Shown here one piece after another: positions 21,697 to 31,930 of a stretch of DNA of 64,000 nt. A model generated the notes under the pieces. It worked only from the letters and a program-made list of their open reading frames with translations, was not told where the DNA came from and made no database searches. How positions within the stretch are numbered: position 1 is the stretch's first letter; the number at the start of each line of letters is the position of its first letter. The position numbers and the translations under genes were made by a program. Source of the stretch: Candidatus Bathyarchaeota archaeon (lineage in GTDB: Archaea; Thermoproteota; Bathyarchaeia; Bathyarchaeales; Bathycorpusculaceae); NCBI GenBank assembly GCA_963827165.1, contig CAWGZR010000010.1, positions 32,001-96,000 on the forward strand, read 5' to 3'.

Positions 21697-22662
21697 TTGA
21701 CATATAATGGCAGCAATCGGCGTTTAATACAAGGAGTAATTGCATTGATAGACACTGACAACCTTACCAAAAGATTCGGAGACATAACAGCAGTAGACAA
21801 CCTCACCCTTCACGTTAACGATGGCGAGGTTTTCGGCTTTCTCGGCCCGAATGGCGCGGGGAAAACAACGACCGTCAGAATGCTTTGCTGCCTAATATCT
21901 AAGACGCAAGGAAGCGCCAAAGTAGGCGGGTACGAAATAGATAACAAAGTAGACTCCTTGAAAATCCGAAAAATGATCGGGTTAGTTCCCGATAACGTCG
22001 GGTTATCTGAGAATCTGACGGCTTACGATAACTTGGACTTTTATGGAAAAATATACGATTGCACGGAAGCCCAAAGAAAAGAGAGCATCCATCGTTTCCT
22101 TGAGATGTTGGGACTTTGGGAAAAAAGGGACGTTTTGACAGGAACTTTTTCCAAAGGCATGAAACAAAAACTCGCCATTGCCCGTGCACTGATTCATGAC
22201 CCACAAGTACTATTCATGGACGAGCCCACAGCAAATTTAGATCCTGAGGCTGCGAAAACAGTCAGAGAATTCATTCTTCAACTGAAAAAAGAGAAGAAGA
22301 CTATCTTTCTTAACACCCACAACCTTGACGAGGCACAGAGAATCTGCGACAGGGTTGCAATAATGAATACAAGTCTTAGGGCAATCGGTACCCCGCAGGA
22401 CCTTGAACGATCCGTTAGCGGCAGGAAGACAGTTATCGGATTAGAGCAGCAAGCAAACGATGCAGTTTCGGTGGCACTGAAAAAGCTGTCGCTCAAGAAC
22501 CTGTCCATCGATGGCAACACGATAACATTTGATGTGGAAGACCCAGACAAAGAGAATTCACCAGTTGTAGGGGCTATAGTGCTGGCGGGCGGTCATGTCC
22601 GATCAATCAATGTGGTGGGCTCAACTTTGGAAGATACCTATCTAAAACTTGTGAGGAAATAA
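21697..22662 (+). CDS. ABC-2 type exporter ATP-binding protein
   Basis: GPNGAGKTT, FSKGMKQK, FMDEPT, NTH. Confidence 0.95.
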   Translation: MTYNGSNRRLIQGVIALIDTDNLTKRFGDITAVDNLTLHVNDGEVFGFLGPNGAGKTTTVRMLCCLISKTQGSAKVGGYEIDNKVDSLKIRKMIGLVPDNVGLSENLTAYDNLDFYGKIYDCTEAQRKESIHRFLEMLGLWEKRDVLTGTFSKGMKQKLAIARALIHDPQVLFMDEPTANLDPEAAKTVREFILQLKKEKKTIFLNTHNLDEAQRICDRVAIMNTSLRAIGTPQDLERSVSGRKTVIGLEQQANDAVSVALKKLSLKNLSIDGNTITFDVEDPDKENSPVVGAIVLAGGHVRSINVVGSTLEDTYLKLVRK

Positions 22663-22663
22663 T

Positions 22664-23407
22664 ATGAGACTCTCGAAGGCGTGGATTGTAGCAGCCAGGG
22701 ACTTCAAAATATTTAGGCGAGTAAAAAACGTCTGGACCTCAATTATTATTTTCCCAGTTGTTATCTCAGTCCTGTTTCCGGTGATACTTGAGTATTTAAA
22801 ATTAAGGGGGAGCCACGGACTCGCAGCACCGGGTGTGCTTCCAAATCTGCTTAACTCCTTTTCCTTCTTTTTAGTTATAGGAGCAGCATACGTTCCCTTG
22901 GGGATTGCCTCATACAGTATAGTGGGAGAGAAAGTCGAGAAAAGCCTGGAGCCACTTCTAGCAACCCCCCTTACTGACGGAGAAATACTGCTTGGAAAAG
23001 CCATTTCCGCAATTATTCCAACTTTAGTAGCAATGTATGCGGCTGCAGCAGTCTTCATGGTAGGAATTGATGAGGTTACTTTCCATACGCTTGGCTACTA
23101 TTATTTTCCAAACGGGAACATCGCCACTTTGCTGTTAGTTCTGATGCCAGTCGCCATCGTTATGAGTGTTCTATTTAGTGTGATTGTTTCCTCTAGAGCT
23201 AATGATGTGCGCAGCGCTAGCAGTTTTGGAATTTTTATACTCTTTCCCCTTTTAGGCATATACCTTCTCAGCGAGACGAGCATAATAACCCTTGACGTAA
23301 ACAGTCTGCTCATAATCTCAGGGGTTATCTTAGGGGTTGATGCGGCGCTGTTCTTTATCGGCACCAAGACTTTCCGAAGGGAGGAAATACTGACAAAATG
23401 GAAGTAA
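22664..23407 (+). CDS. ABC-2 type permease
   Basis: SIVGEKVEKSLEPLLATP...ILLGK; six TMs. Confidence 0.92.
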   Translation: MRLSKAWIVAARDFKIFRRVKNVWTSIIIFPVVISVLFPVILEYLKLRGSHGLAAPGVLPNLLNSFSFFLVIGAAYVPLGIASYSIVGEKVEKSLEPLLATPLTDGEILLGKAISAIIPTLVAMYAAAAVFMVGIDEVTFHTLGYYYFPNGNIATLLLVLMPVAIVMSVLFSVIVSSRANDVRSASSFGIFILFPLLGIYLLSETSIITLDVNSLLIISGVILGVDAALFFIGTKTFRREEILTKWK

Positions 23408-23485
23408 AGACTCTCTATCTATGCCGAGGTGTGAAAAGCGGAATTAATCAGAGGTCCTCGTAAATGGAAGAAGTGAATTGTAAAA

Positions 23486-23611
23486 ATGGAGGTGAGGGTA
23501 ACGTCGGAAGTAACTGTTGTGATAATTATCGTTGTAACCGTTGTTATTATGGTGATAGGTTATTTTGTTATAGGACCACCTGGTAACCGCAGATGGAATA
23601 GAAAGAAATGA
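23486..23611 (+). CDS. Small single-TM peptide (41 aa)
   Basis: MEVRVTSEVTVVIIIVVTVVIMVIGYFVIGPPGNRRWNRKK; TM plus basic tail. Confidence 0.45.
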   Translation: MEVRVTSEVTVVIIIVVTVVIMVIGYFVIGPPGNRRWNRKK

Positions 23612-23829
23612 GAAAAAAATACAGGACCTCCTTGTCTAACAAAGCCCCGCTGTAGACACAAAGTTGCTCAAAAAGCGTGAAAGGGCACCGCAGGCGCAAG
23701 GGTTGAAATTTAGCCATCTGATAAATAATTTTTTCCGCTGTATAGTAGCGGACGGAATTACGGAGTAAAATGGAAATAAAGGCAATTATTTGCCGAGAAG
23801 TAAAAAACAAAATTAATGAGAGGTGAGAA

Positions 23830-24084
23830 GTAACGACAAAAGCCAAGTTTGAAATAGGAGAGACTGAAAAACACACTATCATTGTTAATGCGAGCACGCT
23901 TCTAAAATACATCAAGATAGAAGTGGATGGCGAGAAAGTTGTTAATGAAGCAAACTTTCAGCCATTGGCAAAGAAGTTCCAGTTGGATGTAGGAAATTCT
24001 GAAAAGCATCATTTGGAAATCAGCGCTGGACCGTTCTCGCCTATCACATTATTCGTGGACGGAAAAGAAACTCAAAAAACCTGA
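23830..24084 (+). CDS. Small beta-rich protein with an internal repeat, no canonical start
   Basis: 84-codon frame after GAGGTGA; KFEIGETEKHTI / KFQLDVGNSEKHHLEI repeat; absent from the ORF track. Confidence 0.5.
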   Translation, partial: VTTKAKFEIGETEKHTIIVNASTLLKYIKIEVDGEKVVNEANFQPLAKKFQLDVGNSEKHHLEISAGPFSPITLFVDGKETQKT

Positions 24085-24606
24085 AAGTAAATGCTAGCCT
24101 AAAAGGTTGAAATTTAATTAAATTAACAAGGTGGAAATAACCAAAATGGAAGAGAGAAAGGTTGAGGTGGAAAAGTTATGCTACCGGAGTAGTATTGCTT
24201 ATTGCTGGAGTTATTATTAAGCCGTAAACAGAAAAAACCAGCGAACTTACCGAACGGCGCACCCTGAGCACGACCTCAACCGCAGGTGTCAGCGCCCATA
24301 TTGCGTCTATTTTTTTCTTATTCTTAAGTCATTAGCAGAATCGAGATTTAGTGCAAAAGGCGGTCGTACAAAAGCCCTTCCCGTCGGACCAGTACAAGAC
24401 AATTCAGCATCTGAGTAAAAACCACTGGGACGAGAAAGATATCGACTTATAGCCAGTTAAGCCTCGCCCGGGCGCTCCACAAACCGCTTTCAAGCAATAG
24501 TAATGCAAAAAATCAACCGCTGGCTAGAAAAGGGCTAGGGCTTGTTTAATATAGGCAGGATAGCGTCTCAAACTATTCCCAGCAGGAATGTGGAACTCTT
24601 TTGCAA

Positions 24607-25671
24607 TTAATGTTTGGCATAGTAGTCGGCCACTGCTCTGAATGATTCTTTGGGTTCCCAAGACATGTCTGGGTAAGTGACGCCGCGTCGTTTGCCTTCA
24701 TAGTACTTGACTAGGCTGCTGCTTGCCATGTCCAAGTCGTATTTTGGGTCGTCGCTGTATGGATCGATTTGCGAGACAAATTGGGAAATAAAGGCGCCGT
24801 CTACGCCTGCACTATCTAAAACAGCAAGATTATCGACTATTTGGTTGGCTTGCCACTGTTCATCCCTCACATGGACACCTACAAGATGTGACTTCACAAA
24901 GCGGCCTACCAAGGGCACTTGATGCAGAAACTGCGATTTGAAATCAACCATCCTCTTGACACCCAATCCAGCTGGATCAAGCAACCCTTCCGATCCTACT
25001 CCAGCATGGGTGGTTGAGCATCCGAACTCAGTTATGACGAGCGGTTTGCCATAGGCGAAGGCAGGCTTTAACATGTCAATGTACTGATTTCTCATTCGTT
25101 CGACGCGGTAATGGTCGACGCCAACGTAGTCGAAGAGGCCCCAATCCACTGCCTCCCAGACAAGCGAGCAATAAGTGACTTTACCGCGGAAAACGCTTCT
25201 AACAGCATCATTAGCCTTCGTTAGAAAAGCGTTGAGCAGCTTGTTGTGCGCCCCAGTCTTAACAATGGACCCGAAATCTGGGTTTTTGATGCGTGAAACG
25301 AGGTATTTGCCTTTGATGATGCCTTGCATGAAAAGGGTTAACTCTGAGCCGACGCTGAAAACCAGCTTGTCCCCATAATTCTGCCGCAGAGACTCAGCCG
25401 CCCCCGCCGCTTTTGTGACATATGAAAGTGTCCGCTCCGGGCTCTTGTCCCACATCAAAGGCGACAGCCAAACCTCCAGCCCCTGCTTCAAAGCGTCTTC
25501 AGCTGTAGTCGTGAGCCTGTCGATGCTTAACCCGCTGATTCTTATTGCGTTGCAATGCAGGTCGTTTTTGATGATTTCGATTTCTCGATGCACAATTTCC
25601 GAGTCAAAGTGTGGGCGCCAATTGAAAGCCATCACAGCGCCAACATCATAGCAGACTCCCTTAATTTTCAT
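24607..25671 (-). CDS. Glycoside hydrolase-like TIM-barrel protein (clan GH-A pattern)
   Basis: GVCYD, HCNAIRI, SVGSE, VGVDHY, KPLVITEFG. Confidence 0.7.
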   Translation of the reverse strand: MKIKGVCYDVGAVMAFNWRPHFDSEIVHREIEIIKNDLHCNAIRISGLSIDRLTTTAEDALKQGLEVWLSPLMWDKSPERTLSYVTKAAGAAESLRQNYGDKLVFSVGSELTLFMQGIIKGKYLVSRIKNPDFGSIVKTGAHNKLLNAFLTKANDAVRSVFRGKVTYCSLVWEAVDWGLFDYVGVDHYRVERMRNQYIDMLKPAFAYGKPLVITEFGCSTTHAGVGSEGLLDPAGLGVKRMVDFKSQFLHQVPLVGRFVKSHLVGVHVRDEQWQANQIVDNLAVLDSAGVDGAFISQFVSQIDPYSDDPKYDLDMASSSLVKYYEGKRRGVTYPDMSWEPKESFRAVADYYAKH

Positions 25672-25673
25672 TC

Positions 25674-26690
25674 TCAGGTCCCCTCGGTTTTAATCTCATT
25701 GTTATGTCCCATCAAACCCTTACTGTATTTTTGCCATAGACGTCGGAAAAAAAGAATCAAAGCAACGTCTAATATTAGTACAAGAGGCAATTCGATTTGA
25801 CCTACTATTCCACCTATTAAAAATGGAAGAATAATGCCGAATGACAAAGCAATCAATTGCTTCTCGTTGTTTCCCTTACCTATTGCCTTCAATATGTAAA
25901 CCAGAAATGAAAATTGAATTACGATCATAAGAAACAGGTCAACACTTTGAGGGATACTGTTGCCGAACACCAGTATAAGCGCTAGCGAGACAAATGCCAA
26001 CGCACCAAACGCGCCTACGGCAAGGGGTTTTGTAGTAGGATTCTCGTTTTTCGGGCGCATGAAATCAGTTGGCGCTTTGTAAGCGAGTACAACTAACGCG
26101 GCAATAATGACTATGCTTGCAATAAGGGCGGTCCAGCCCATCCAGAAATGCTCAACATGCGCGGTAATCAGTAAATTCAAATATACATCGATTCCTAGGA
26201 TTGCAAACGTTCCAGCTATAGCTCGTCTGGAGTTAAGCAGACTTTTCCCTTTGGTATTTGGGAGTGCCAGCCCAAGCAAAAGCAGTGGTAGAGCGATGCT
26301 GAAAACCGCATGGTATGGAACAACAAATGCGACATATACCCAGTTTACTCCATGCCAATACCCAGGGGCTGGTATAGGGCCTTTAGGGTTAAATAAAGTG
26401 CCAAGAGCAATTCCTTCCTCTAAAACTCCGTAGGCGGCACCAAGGAGAAGTACAGATGCCCAACCTTTTTTCCAGCGAATGGCAGCTTCCCGAATGAGAA
26501 GGGCGCCTGGGAGATACAGGGCTGAGTTGATTAAAAGTCCGAGGATAAATACTGGCGGAGAAAAGACCAAGTTGGCGATTGGACTTGAACCCGCAACGTA
26601 CTCTATAATACCAGGCGTTAGGAAGAAAAGACAGAGAATAGGATGAGAACGCAGAAAACCCAAGATGCGGCTAAAAAAAGAGGTGGGCAA
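25674..26690 (-). CDS. Multi-pass membrane protein
   Basis: About nine TMs; LYLPGALLIRE, YGVLEEGI, YHAVFSI. Confidence 0.75.
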   Translation of the reverse strand: MPTSFFSRILGFLRSHPILCLFFLTPGIIEYVAGSSPIANLVFSPPVFILGLLINSALYLPGALLIREAAIRWKKGWASVLLLGAAYGVLEEGIALGTLFNPKGPIPAPGYWHGVNWVYVAFVVPYHAVFSIALPLLLLGLALPNTKGKSLLNSRRAIAGTFAILGIDVYLNLLITAHVEHFWMGWTALIASIVIIAALVVLAYKAPTDFMRPKNENPTTKPLAVGAFGALAFVSLALILVFGNSIPQSVDLFLMIVIQFSFLVYILKAIGKGNNEKQLIALSFGIILPFLIGGIVGQIELPLVLILDVALILFFRRLWQKYSKGLMGHNNEIKTEGT

Positions 26691-26735
26691 CGTCGCTGAC
26701 TCCTTTTCGATCCATTTTCTTCTTTTCTCCTGACC

Positions 26736-27335
26736 TTAAGGCTTGAAAATTCGCAGAATTATTTTTGCTTCGGGAAAATGGAACTTAGCATCCTTCGGAT
26801 CAAGCATTTCGGCTCTTTTAATCAAACCCCTAACGAAGGCGACCAACGCAACCAGAAGCTCGTCAGGGTCGTCTTTTACGACTTCCCCCGTCGCCTGCCC
26901 CTCGACGATAAGCTGCCGAATGGCACCCTGGAGTTCTTTGCCGTTCCTTTGGACGATTGCCCTTAAGTCAGCTGGAGTGTTTTCGTCTTCGAGGGCGTTA
27001 TACATTATTTGGGATATTCCAGGGTTTTGACGGCTGACTTCAAGCATGTTCGTGATTAACATCGTGAGGCGCTGACCCGGGGTTCCTTGGACTTGGTTGA
27101 CACGTTGGGCTGCTCCACCGCCTGCTTCCGCGACCTGCTTTATGAGGGTGGCGAAGATTTCTTCTTTGCTTTTGAAGTAGTGGTAGGCCAGGCCTTGGCT
27201 GATTTGGGCTTTCTCGGCTATATCAGTCATGGTTGCGGCGCGCCCTTTCACTGCAAAAACGGCGCTGGCAGATTCCAAAATATTCTTTATCGTTTCAGTT
27301 CGCATCTGCTCGTTTTTTTGCTCGTTTCTTGTCAC
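26736..27335 (-). CDS. TetR/AcrR family regulator
   Basis: ILESASAVF..KG...TMTDIAEKAQISQGLAYHYFKSKEEI. Confidence 0.95.
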   Translation of the reverse strand: MTRNEQKNEQMRTETIKNILESASAVFAVKGRAATMTDIAEKAQISQGLAYHYFKSKEEIFATLIKQVAEAGGGAAQRVNQVQGTPGQRLTMLITNMLEVSRQNPGISQIMYNALEDENTPADLRAIVQRNGKELQGAIRQLIVEGQATGEVVKDDPDELLVALVAFVRGLIKRAEMLDPKDAKFHFPEAKIILRIFKP

Positions 27336-27371
27336 TAATTATCCCTCACTCAGTTCACCATTCAACTGACC

Positions 27372-27400
27372 ATAATTGAATGAATTGTTCAATCAATTAT
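27372..27400. promoter_or_regulatory. TetR operator candidate
   Basis: ATAATTGAATGAA-TTG-TTCAATCAATTAT, near-perfect inverted repeat just upstream of the TetR gene. Confidence 0.6.
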
Positions 27401-27638
27401 TTAAGAGCTCCGGGTTATAACATAAATCCACTGCAAAAGCGATGTCTCGACCAGCTTAACGCAACTTTGGTTATCTTTTGGGCTATGGCGCTAACTAGTT
27501 AAGCTTAACGTTCAGCATGCGAGTAAAGAGTAAGTTTTCCCACAGACTGAAACCTTGACTAACTTTTAGTCGCTTAGTTCAGAAGTCTTGACAAAAAATC
27601 TTTTATCTAACTCACACCCAAACGAAGACTCGATAACA

Positions 27639-29042
27639 ATGAAAAAGCCTCTAGCAATAATACTCCTTACAGTCTTAATCCTGTCCTCCTGTGCAATCTT
27701 GAAGCTAACGTCGGCTGATCCTCTTCCCGGCCCGCCAATATCAAACGCATACATCCACAGTGATGGAAGCGTTGACCCCTCAAACCTGCCCATACAAAAA
27801 AGCGGCAACACCTACACCTTTACCAACAGCATCGCCAACTACACCCTTGAAATTCAATGCAGTAATATCACAATTGACGGGGCAGGCTTCACACTTCTCG
27901 GAAACGGTATCTACTGGTACCAAGCCATAACCGTGACCGATCAAAACAACATAACAGTCAAAAACCTAAGCATCTCCCAATTCGGGTGGGGCATATACCT
28001 CTCAAACAGCGATGGCGATACCATCAGCGGCAACACCATAACCTGTTCAAACTGCATATACATAGACCCCTCCAGTGAAGACCAGATTATTGGAAACAAC
28101 CTCTCCACAGGATACGGTGTGCAAGGGCTAGGCTCATGGAACCAAATTATCAACAATGCATTCAATAGCGAGCTAAGCGGACCAGGGCAAGGTGCGGGAA
28201 TAGAAATGGGCTGCAACAACACCCTCATCTCAAACAACGTCTTCAATGATGAAGACAGCATCCAACTTGGATCAAGTTACTCAGTAGAAAATAACGTTAT
28301 CTCAAACAATACCCTAACAAACGGTGTGTTTGGCATAAACCTAGATGCGTGCAACTGCACAATCTGTCAAAACATAATTGAAAATAAAGTATTCAATGAA
28401 CAATCGGGTGAAGATGGTGGTGGGGGCAGCATAAACTTGGGCAGTGGCAGCTTTTACAATTCAATATACGATAACCTCTTTGAAAATGATTCCTACGGCA
28501 TCTCTCTGGGGTACCAAATAGTCAATAATTTTTGGAACAACGTCTCCAGCAATTACATTTACGCGAACAATTTTATTAATAACACAAGAAACGCCGATGT
28601 CGTTCAAGGAACTCCGGTGAACTTCTGGGATAACGGTAGCCAAGGTAATTACTGGAGTGACTACAAAGGCACGGATGCCAATCATGACGGAGTCGGCGAC
28701 ATACCCTATGTGCTAAACGGTAACAACACTGATTATTACCCATCTATGGACCCAATCAACATCTATGCATCTCAGTCTCCTCCAGTGCCTACTCCTCCAC
28801 CAACTTCTGAACCCACAGCCACACCAGCACAAACCGCAACAAAAACTACCCAACCCACTGCAACCTCCGCCTCAACCCGAACCATAGCGCCCACACAAAT
28901 ATCCCAAACACCCACAAACTTGCCTGCACAACAAACCTCATCAGATTACACACTAATCACAGTAGTATCGACAGTAGCAATCGTCGGAGTCTGCACAGGT
29001 CTATTCCTCTTCTACAGAAGATCCAATTTGGCACGGTATTGA
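27639..29042 (+). CDS. NosD/right-handed beta-helix surface protein with P/T-rich linker and C-terminal TM
   Basis: Signal peptide, N-rich beta-helix repeats, GNYWSDY.GTD.N.DGVGD.PY, TM + RRS. Confidence 0.9.
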   Translation: MKKPLAIILLTVLILSSCAILKLTSADPLPGPPISNAYIHSDGSVDPSNLPIQKSGNTYTFTNSIANYTLEIQCSNITIDGAGFTLLGNGIYWYQAITVTDQNNITVKNLSISQFGWGIYLSNSDGDTISGNTITCSNCIYIDPSSEDQIIGNNLSTGYGVQGLGSWNQIINNAFNSELSGPGQGAGIEMGCNNTLISNNVFNDEDSIQLGSSYSVENNVISNNTLTNGVFGINLDACNCTICQNIIENKVFNEQSGEDGGGGSINLGSGSFYNSIYDNLFENDSYGISLGYQIVNNFWNNVSSNYIYANNFINNTRNADVVQGTPVNFWDNGSQGNYWSDYKGTDANHDGVGDIPYVLNGNNTDYYPSMDPINIYASQSPPVPTPPPTSEPTATPAQTATKTTQPTATSASTRTIAPTQISQTPTNLPAQQTSSDYTLITVVSTVAIVGVCTGLFLFYRRSNLARY

Positions 29043-29055
29043 AGGAATACAACGA

Positions 29056-29933
29056 ATGAAGGCAGGTGCTTGCAAATGCTTGCTTTGCTTGGTGGCAATA
29101 TGCATGGCTTTTGCCGCTTGCTCAACATGTTTGCCCTCAACTGCGGCGCAGACTTCTTTTGCATTAAGTTCTCCGTCATGTCTGCAATCGATCGCTATGC
29201 CCATTGAATATGTCAATTACACAATCTCCATAATTAATGGAACCTTATGGGCAACAGTTGACGGAGACTTTCCCATACAAATCCCCTCAAGTCAAGTTGG
29301 ACAAGCCCTCCCAATGCTCTACCCTACGCCTCCTGGAACAACCAACATCTCCATTAAATTAGACGGGCAAAAAATAGACTACAGCAACTACACGCAATCC
29401 TACCCTAACATGCTCCATTACACCTACCTAGGCAACTGGCCAATGATAATCTGCATTCTTCAGCCAACCTCAAACAGTTTTACCATGACCATCCACTACC
29501 AACACCCAATAATGCAGGCTAACGGAACCTACCAGTTCCTTTACGACCTAAACATAAGCCCCTACCTATCAAGCGATTCCAACCAATCAACGGCACACTT
29601 CACAGTTTTTTTCCAAATCAACGCCTCAGATATACATGCTTACACAGTGCCAGGCGACAGCTCAGTTGCCGAGACGGCAAACGAACACCCATCAACTTTG
29701 ACACTAGCAATGTCAACGGCGTGCAAGGGATTACATTTAGCATCACTTCGACCTATTCCAATCCTGTTCCAGGGGACGAACTAATAACCTTCCAAGAAAC
29801 ACAACTACAAATCCCAGAGTTCACCCCAACGGCAACCGCATACCCGATCATCGTTGGAGCAGCAACCGCCACATTCGTAGTCACCTTTCACAAAAAAAGG
29901 AGAGAAGAGAGCAAGGAAAATTCGCTTTCATAG
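29056..29933 (+). CDS. Secreted protein with PEF-CTERM-like sorting signal (frameshift ~29670)
   Basis: Signal peptide; second frame ends IPEF-TM-HKKRR. Confidence 0.7.
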
Positions 29934-30046
29934 TAGCTATCCCTATCAGATTTGAGCTCCTGATCTTTTAAGGATTGAAAAATTAGAGATAAAAAGTTCA
30001 AAAGGCGGCTGTAACGCGTCAGTTTCCGGCAGAACTTTGCGTAAAA

Positions 30047-30385
30047 ATGTTAGATAGAATTAAAGGCCGAAATGGAAAACAAGTCGTTAACATTCAGCAG
30101 AATAATGTTTTTCAGTATCAGGTTTCTAAGCCTCGCAGAGAACCGTACGATTTGAGTTGTGTAAAGAAGGAGTATCGGAAAACAATCAGCAGTGTTCTTT
30201 TTGAGGCCTACGTTCTCAACAAAGCCAGAGACTTAACCCGAGAATTTAGCTATATGGACTTCTTGCAGATTAAAAATAACGCTTTCCGTCGAATTATACT
30301 GCGGCTGAGGCGGAAAGGCAAAATTGTTGCTAATCCAGAGCGTACTTTGCCGAGGTTTTATTTTTTGGCTGAGCGATTAAGCTAA
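30047..30385 (+). CDS. Hypothetical basic protein, probable winged-helix
   Basis: AFRRIILRLRRKGKI...PRFYFL. Confidence 0.5.
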   Translation: MLDRIKGRNGKQVVNIQQNNVFQYQVSKPRREPYDLSCVKKEYRKTISSVLFEAYVLNKARDLTREFSYMDFLQIKNNAFRRIILRLRRKGKIVANPERTLPRFYFLAERLS

Positions 30386-30686
30386 GATTCGCCAGATGGG
30401 AGAACAATATAGTAAAACATTTGTTTACAAAGCGAGAGCGTGTGGGTTTTATGGCGAAGGAAAAATCTGCATTTGCTAGGGTAAAATCTTCACCCTAAGA
30501 ATCCTAAAGACTATTTTTGCAAGACGAGGCTTCGCGTAGCCTTCTACAAACGAAAGAAGAGCCAGCGAAATCAGGAGGCCAATGCGCTTCTGCAGCAAAT
30601 GCATGAAATGCTCATTATTTTTTGTATTGTACGTGTGTGTGCGTTACCACAAACTTTTTAATATATAGTCGCTGATACGTTGTATC

Positions 30687-30756
30687 TGCGAGTAAGTCCT
30701 ATCCGAGGCAATGATGCCCGCAGTTGTGGGATGGGAGTACTAGGATAGGGGTCGCA
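30687..30756 (+). ncRNA. Structured ncRNA candidate convergent with the DUF3800 gene
   Basis: Nested stems TGCGA/TCGCA and CCTATCC/GGATAGG with inner hairpins; TATA-like TTTTTAATATATA upstream and a T-run after. Confidence 0.5.
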
Positions 30757-30761
30757 CCTTT

Positions 30762-31415
30762 TTATTTTCTCCACAGATACTTGAATGAGCTGACTTTTTC
30801 CTCAATTATTCTCACATACTCATCGTTCTGATGTTCGTACTTTTGGAAGTAGGCCCCTGCAACTGCATCTGCTGCTTGAAGAATAGGTTCACGTTCGGAG
30901 GCAACGTGTTCTGAGGAAATGCTGTCAGGAGAAAACGCTGTCCCTTTTTCAAATAACAAGTAACTTGCTTTGTTTTCTACGTAAGCATTAAATTCTTTTA
31001 TCCTCCAAGTTGGAAGACTCTTATCGAATACCATATGTATTTTGTTGCCGGCCACAATGCTGGGCAGCAAAGACAGCATAATATTGTGAACAACGCACCA
31101 GTTATAAAGAACAGTCGGATCATCTCTTAAATCTGCTTTCACATAAGCTTTGTTCATGACGACCACTCCTAAAGTAACGTCGCAGCTGGCAACCTTTTCA
31201 AGCACATACTTTCGGCAGTCGTCATCCATGCGCGAGAATTTAAGTTCATTTCGAGCAAGCGAGTACCCCTTCTTTTGATGTAGATGTTTTAAAATTCGTC
31301 TAATTTCTGTTCGCATTCCCTGAGGTGATTCGCATTCTAAATAAGATACTACAAAGAACTTTGTCGACTTGCCAGTAAAGCCAAGGTCGCCGGATTCATC
31401 AACGAATACGTGCAA
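30762..31415 (-). CDS. DUF3800 domain protein
   Basis: HVFVDESGDLG, NELKF, VFDK, LQAADAVAG. Confidence 0.88.
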   Translation of the reverse strand: MHVFVDESGDLGFTGKSTKFFVVSYLECESPQGMRTEIRRILKHLHQKKGYSLARNELKFSRMDDDCRKYVLEKVASCDVTLGVVVMNKAYVKADLRDDPTVLYNWCVVHNIMLSLLPSIVAGNKIHMVFDKSLPTWRIKEFNAYVENKASYLLFEKGTAFSPDSISSEHVASEREPILQAADAVAGAYFQKYEHQNDEYVRIIEEKVSSFKYLWRK

Positions 31416-31609
31416 ATGGTTTCTTCGCCTTCCAGAGCTAGGGGTTCGGTTGGTAATCTGTTTTTCGCTTAAAGTTTAACACCCAATGTAAAAAAATGAA
31501 GGCTTTTGGCGATAACCAAAGCAAAAGAAGCACTGTTTAAACCTAAATATTTGACGCAGGCAATTAAGAAAGAAATGGATGAAAAGGACAAAACCGAAGG
31601 ATAAGATCA

Positions 31610-31915
31610 AACATCCAAAGCATATGAATAGATAAACTCAGAAACGTCTACGCCTCATCTGGGCTAGCCATAAAAAAAGAAAACGCAAATCAGCAAATTA
31701 GACACACTAAAAGAAATGATACGTGCATTAGGACTAAACCCAGAACAACTCTTAACAAAAGATGCCCTATCACAAGGAGCCATACCCTGCAATGATAATG
31801 GAGAACTCCAAAATCACCAACTCCAGATGCTTAGCCAGCAGCTACGGCAATTAATACACCGAGAGGCGTCGTTATAAGTTTTTAATCCGTATCATGAAAA
31901 CCGTCGGACTCGCCA
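31610..31915 (+). pseudogene. Second integrase 3'-end remnant plus att-like tail
   Basis: Clear nucleotide homology to 15515-15820 (e.g. AAAGATGCCCTATCACAAGGAGCC, CAACTCCAGATGCTTAGCCA), ending in ACCGTCGGACTCGCCA. Confidence 0.9.
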
Positions 31916-31930
31916 AGCTATTTTTTGTTT

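Noticed and set aside
28770-28945. C/A-rich repetitive DNA
   Set aside because: Encodes the ordinary Pro/Thr linker of a surface protein
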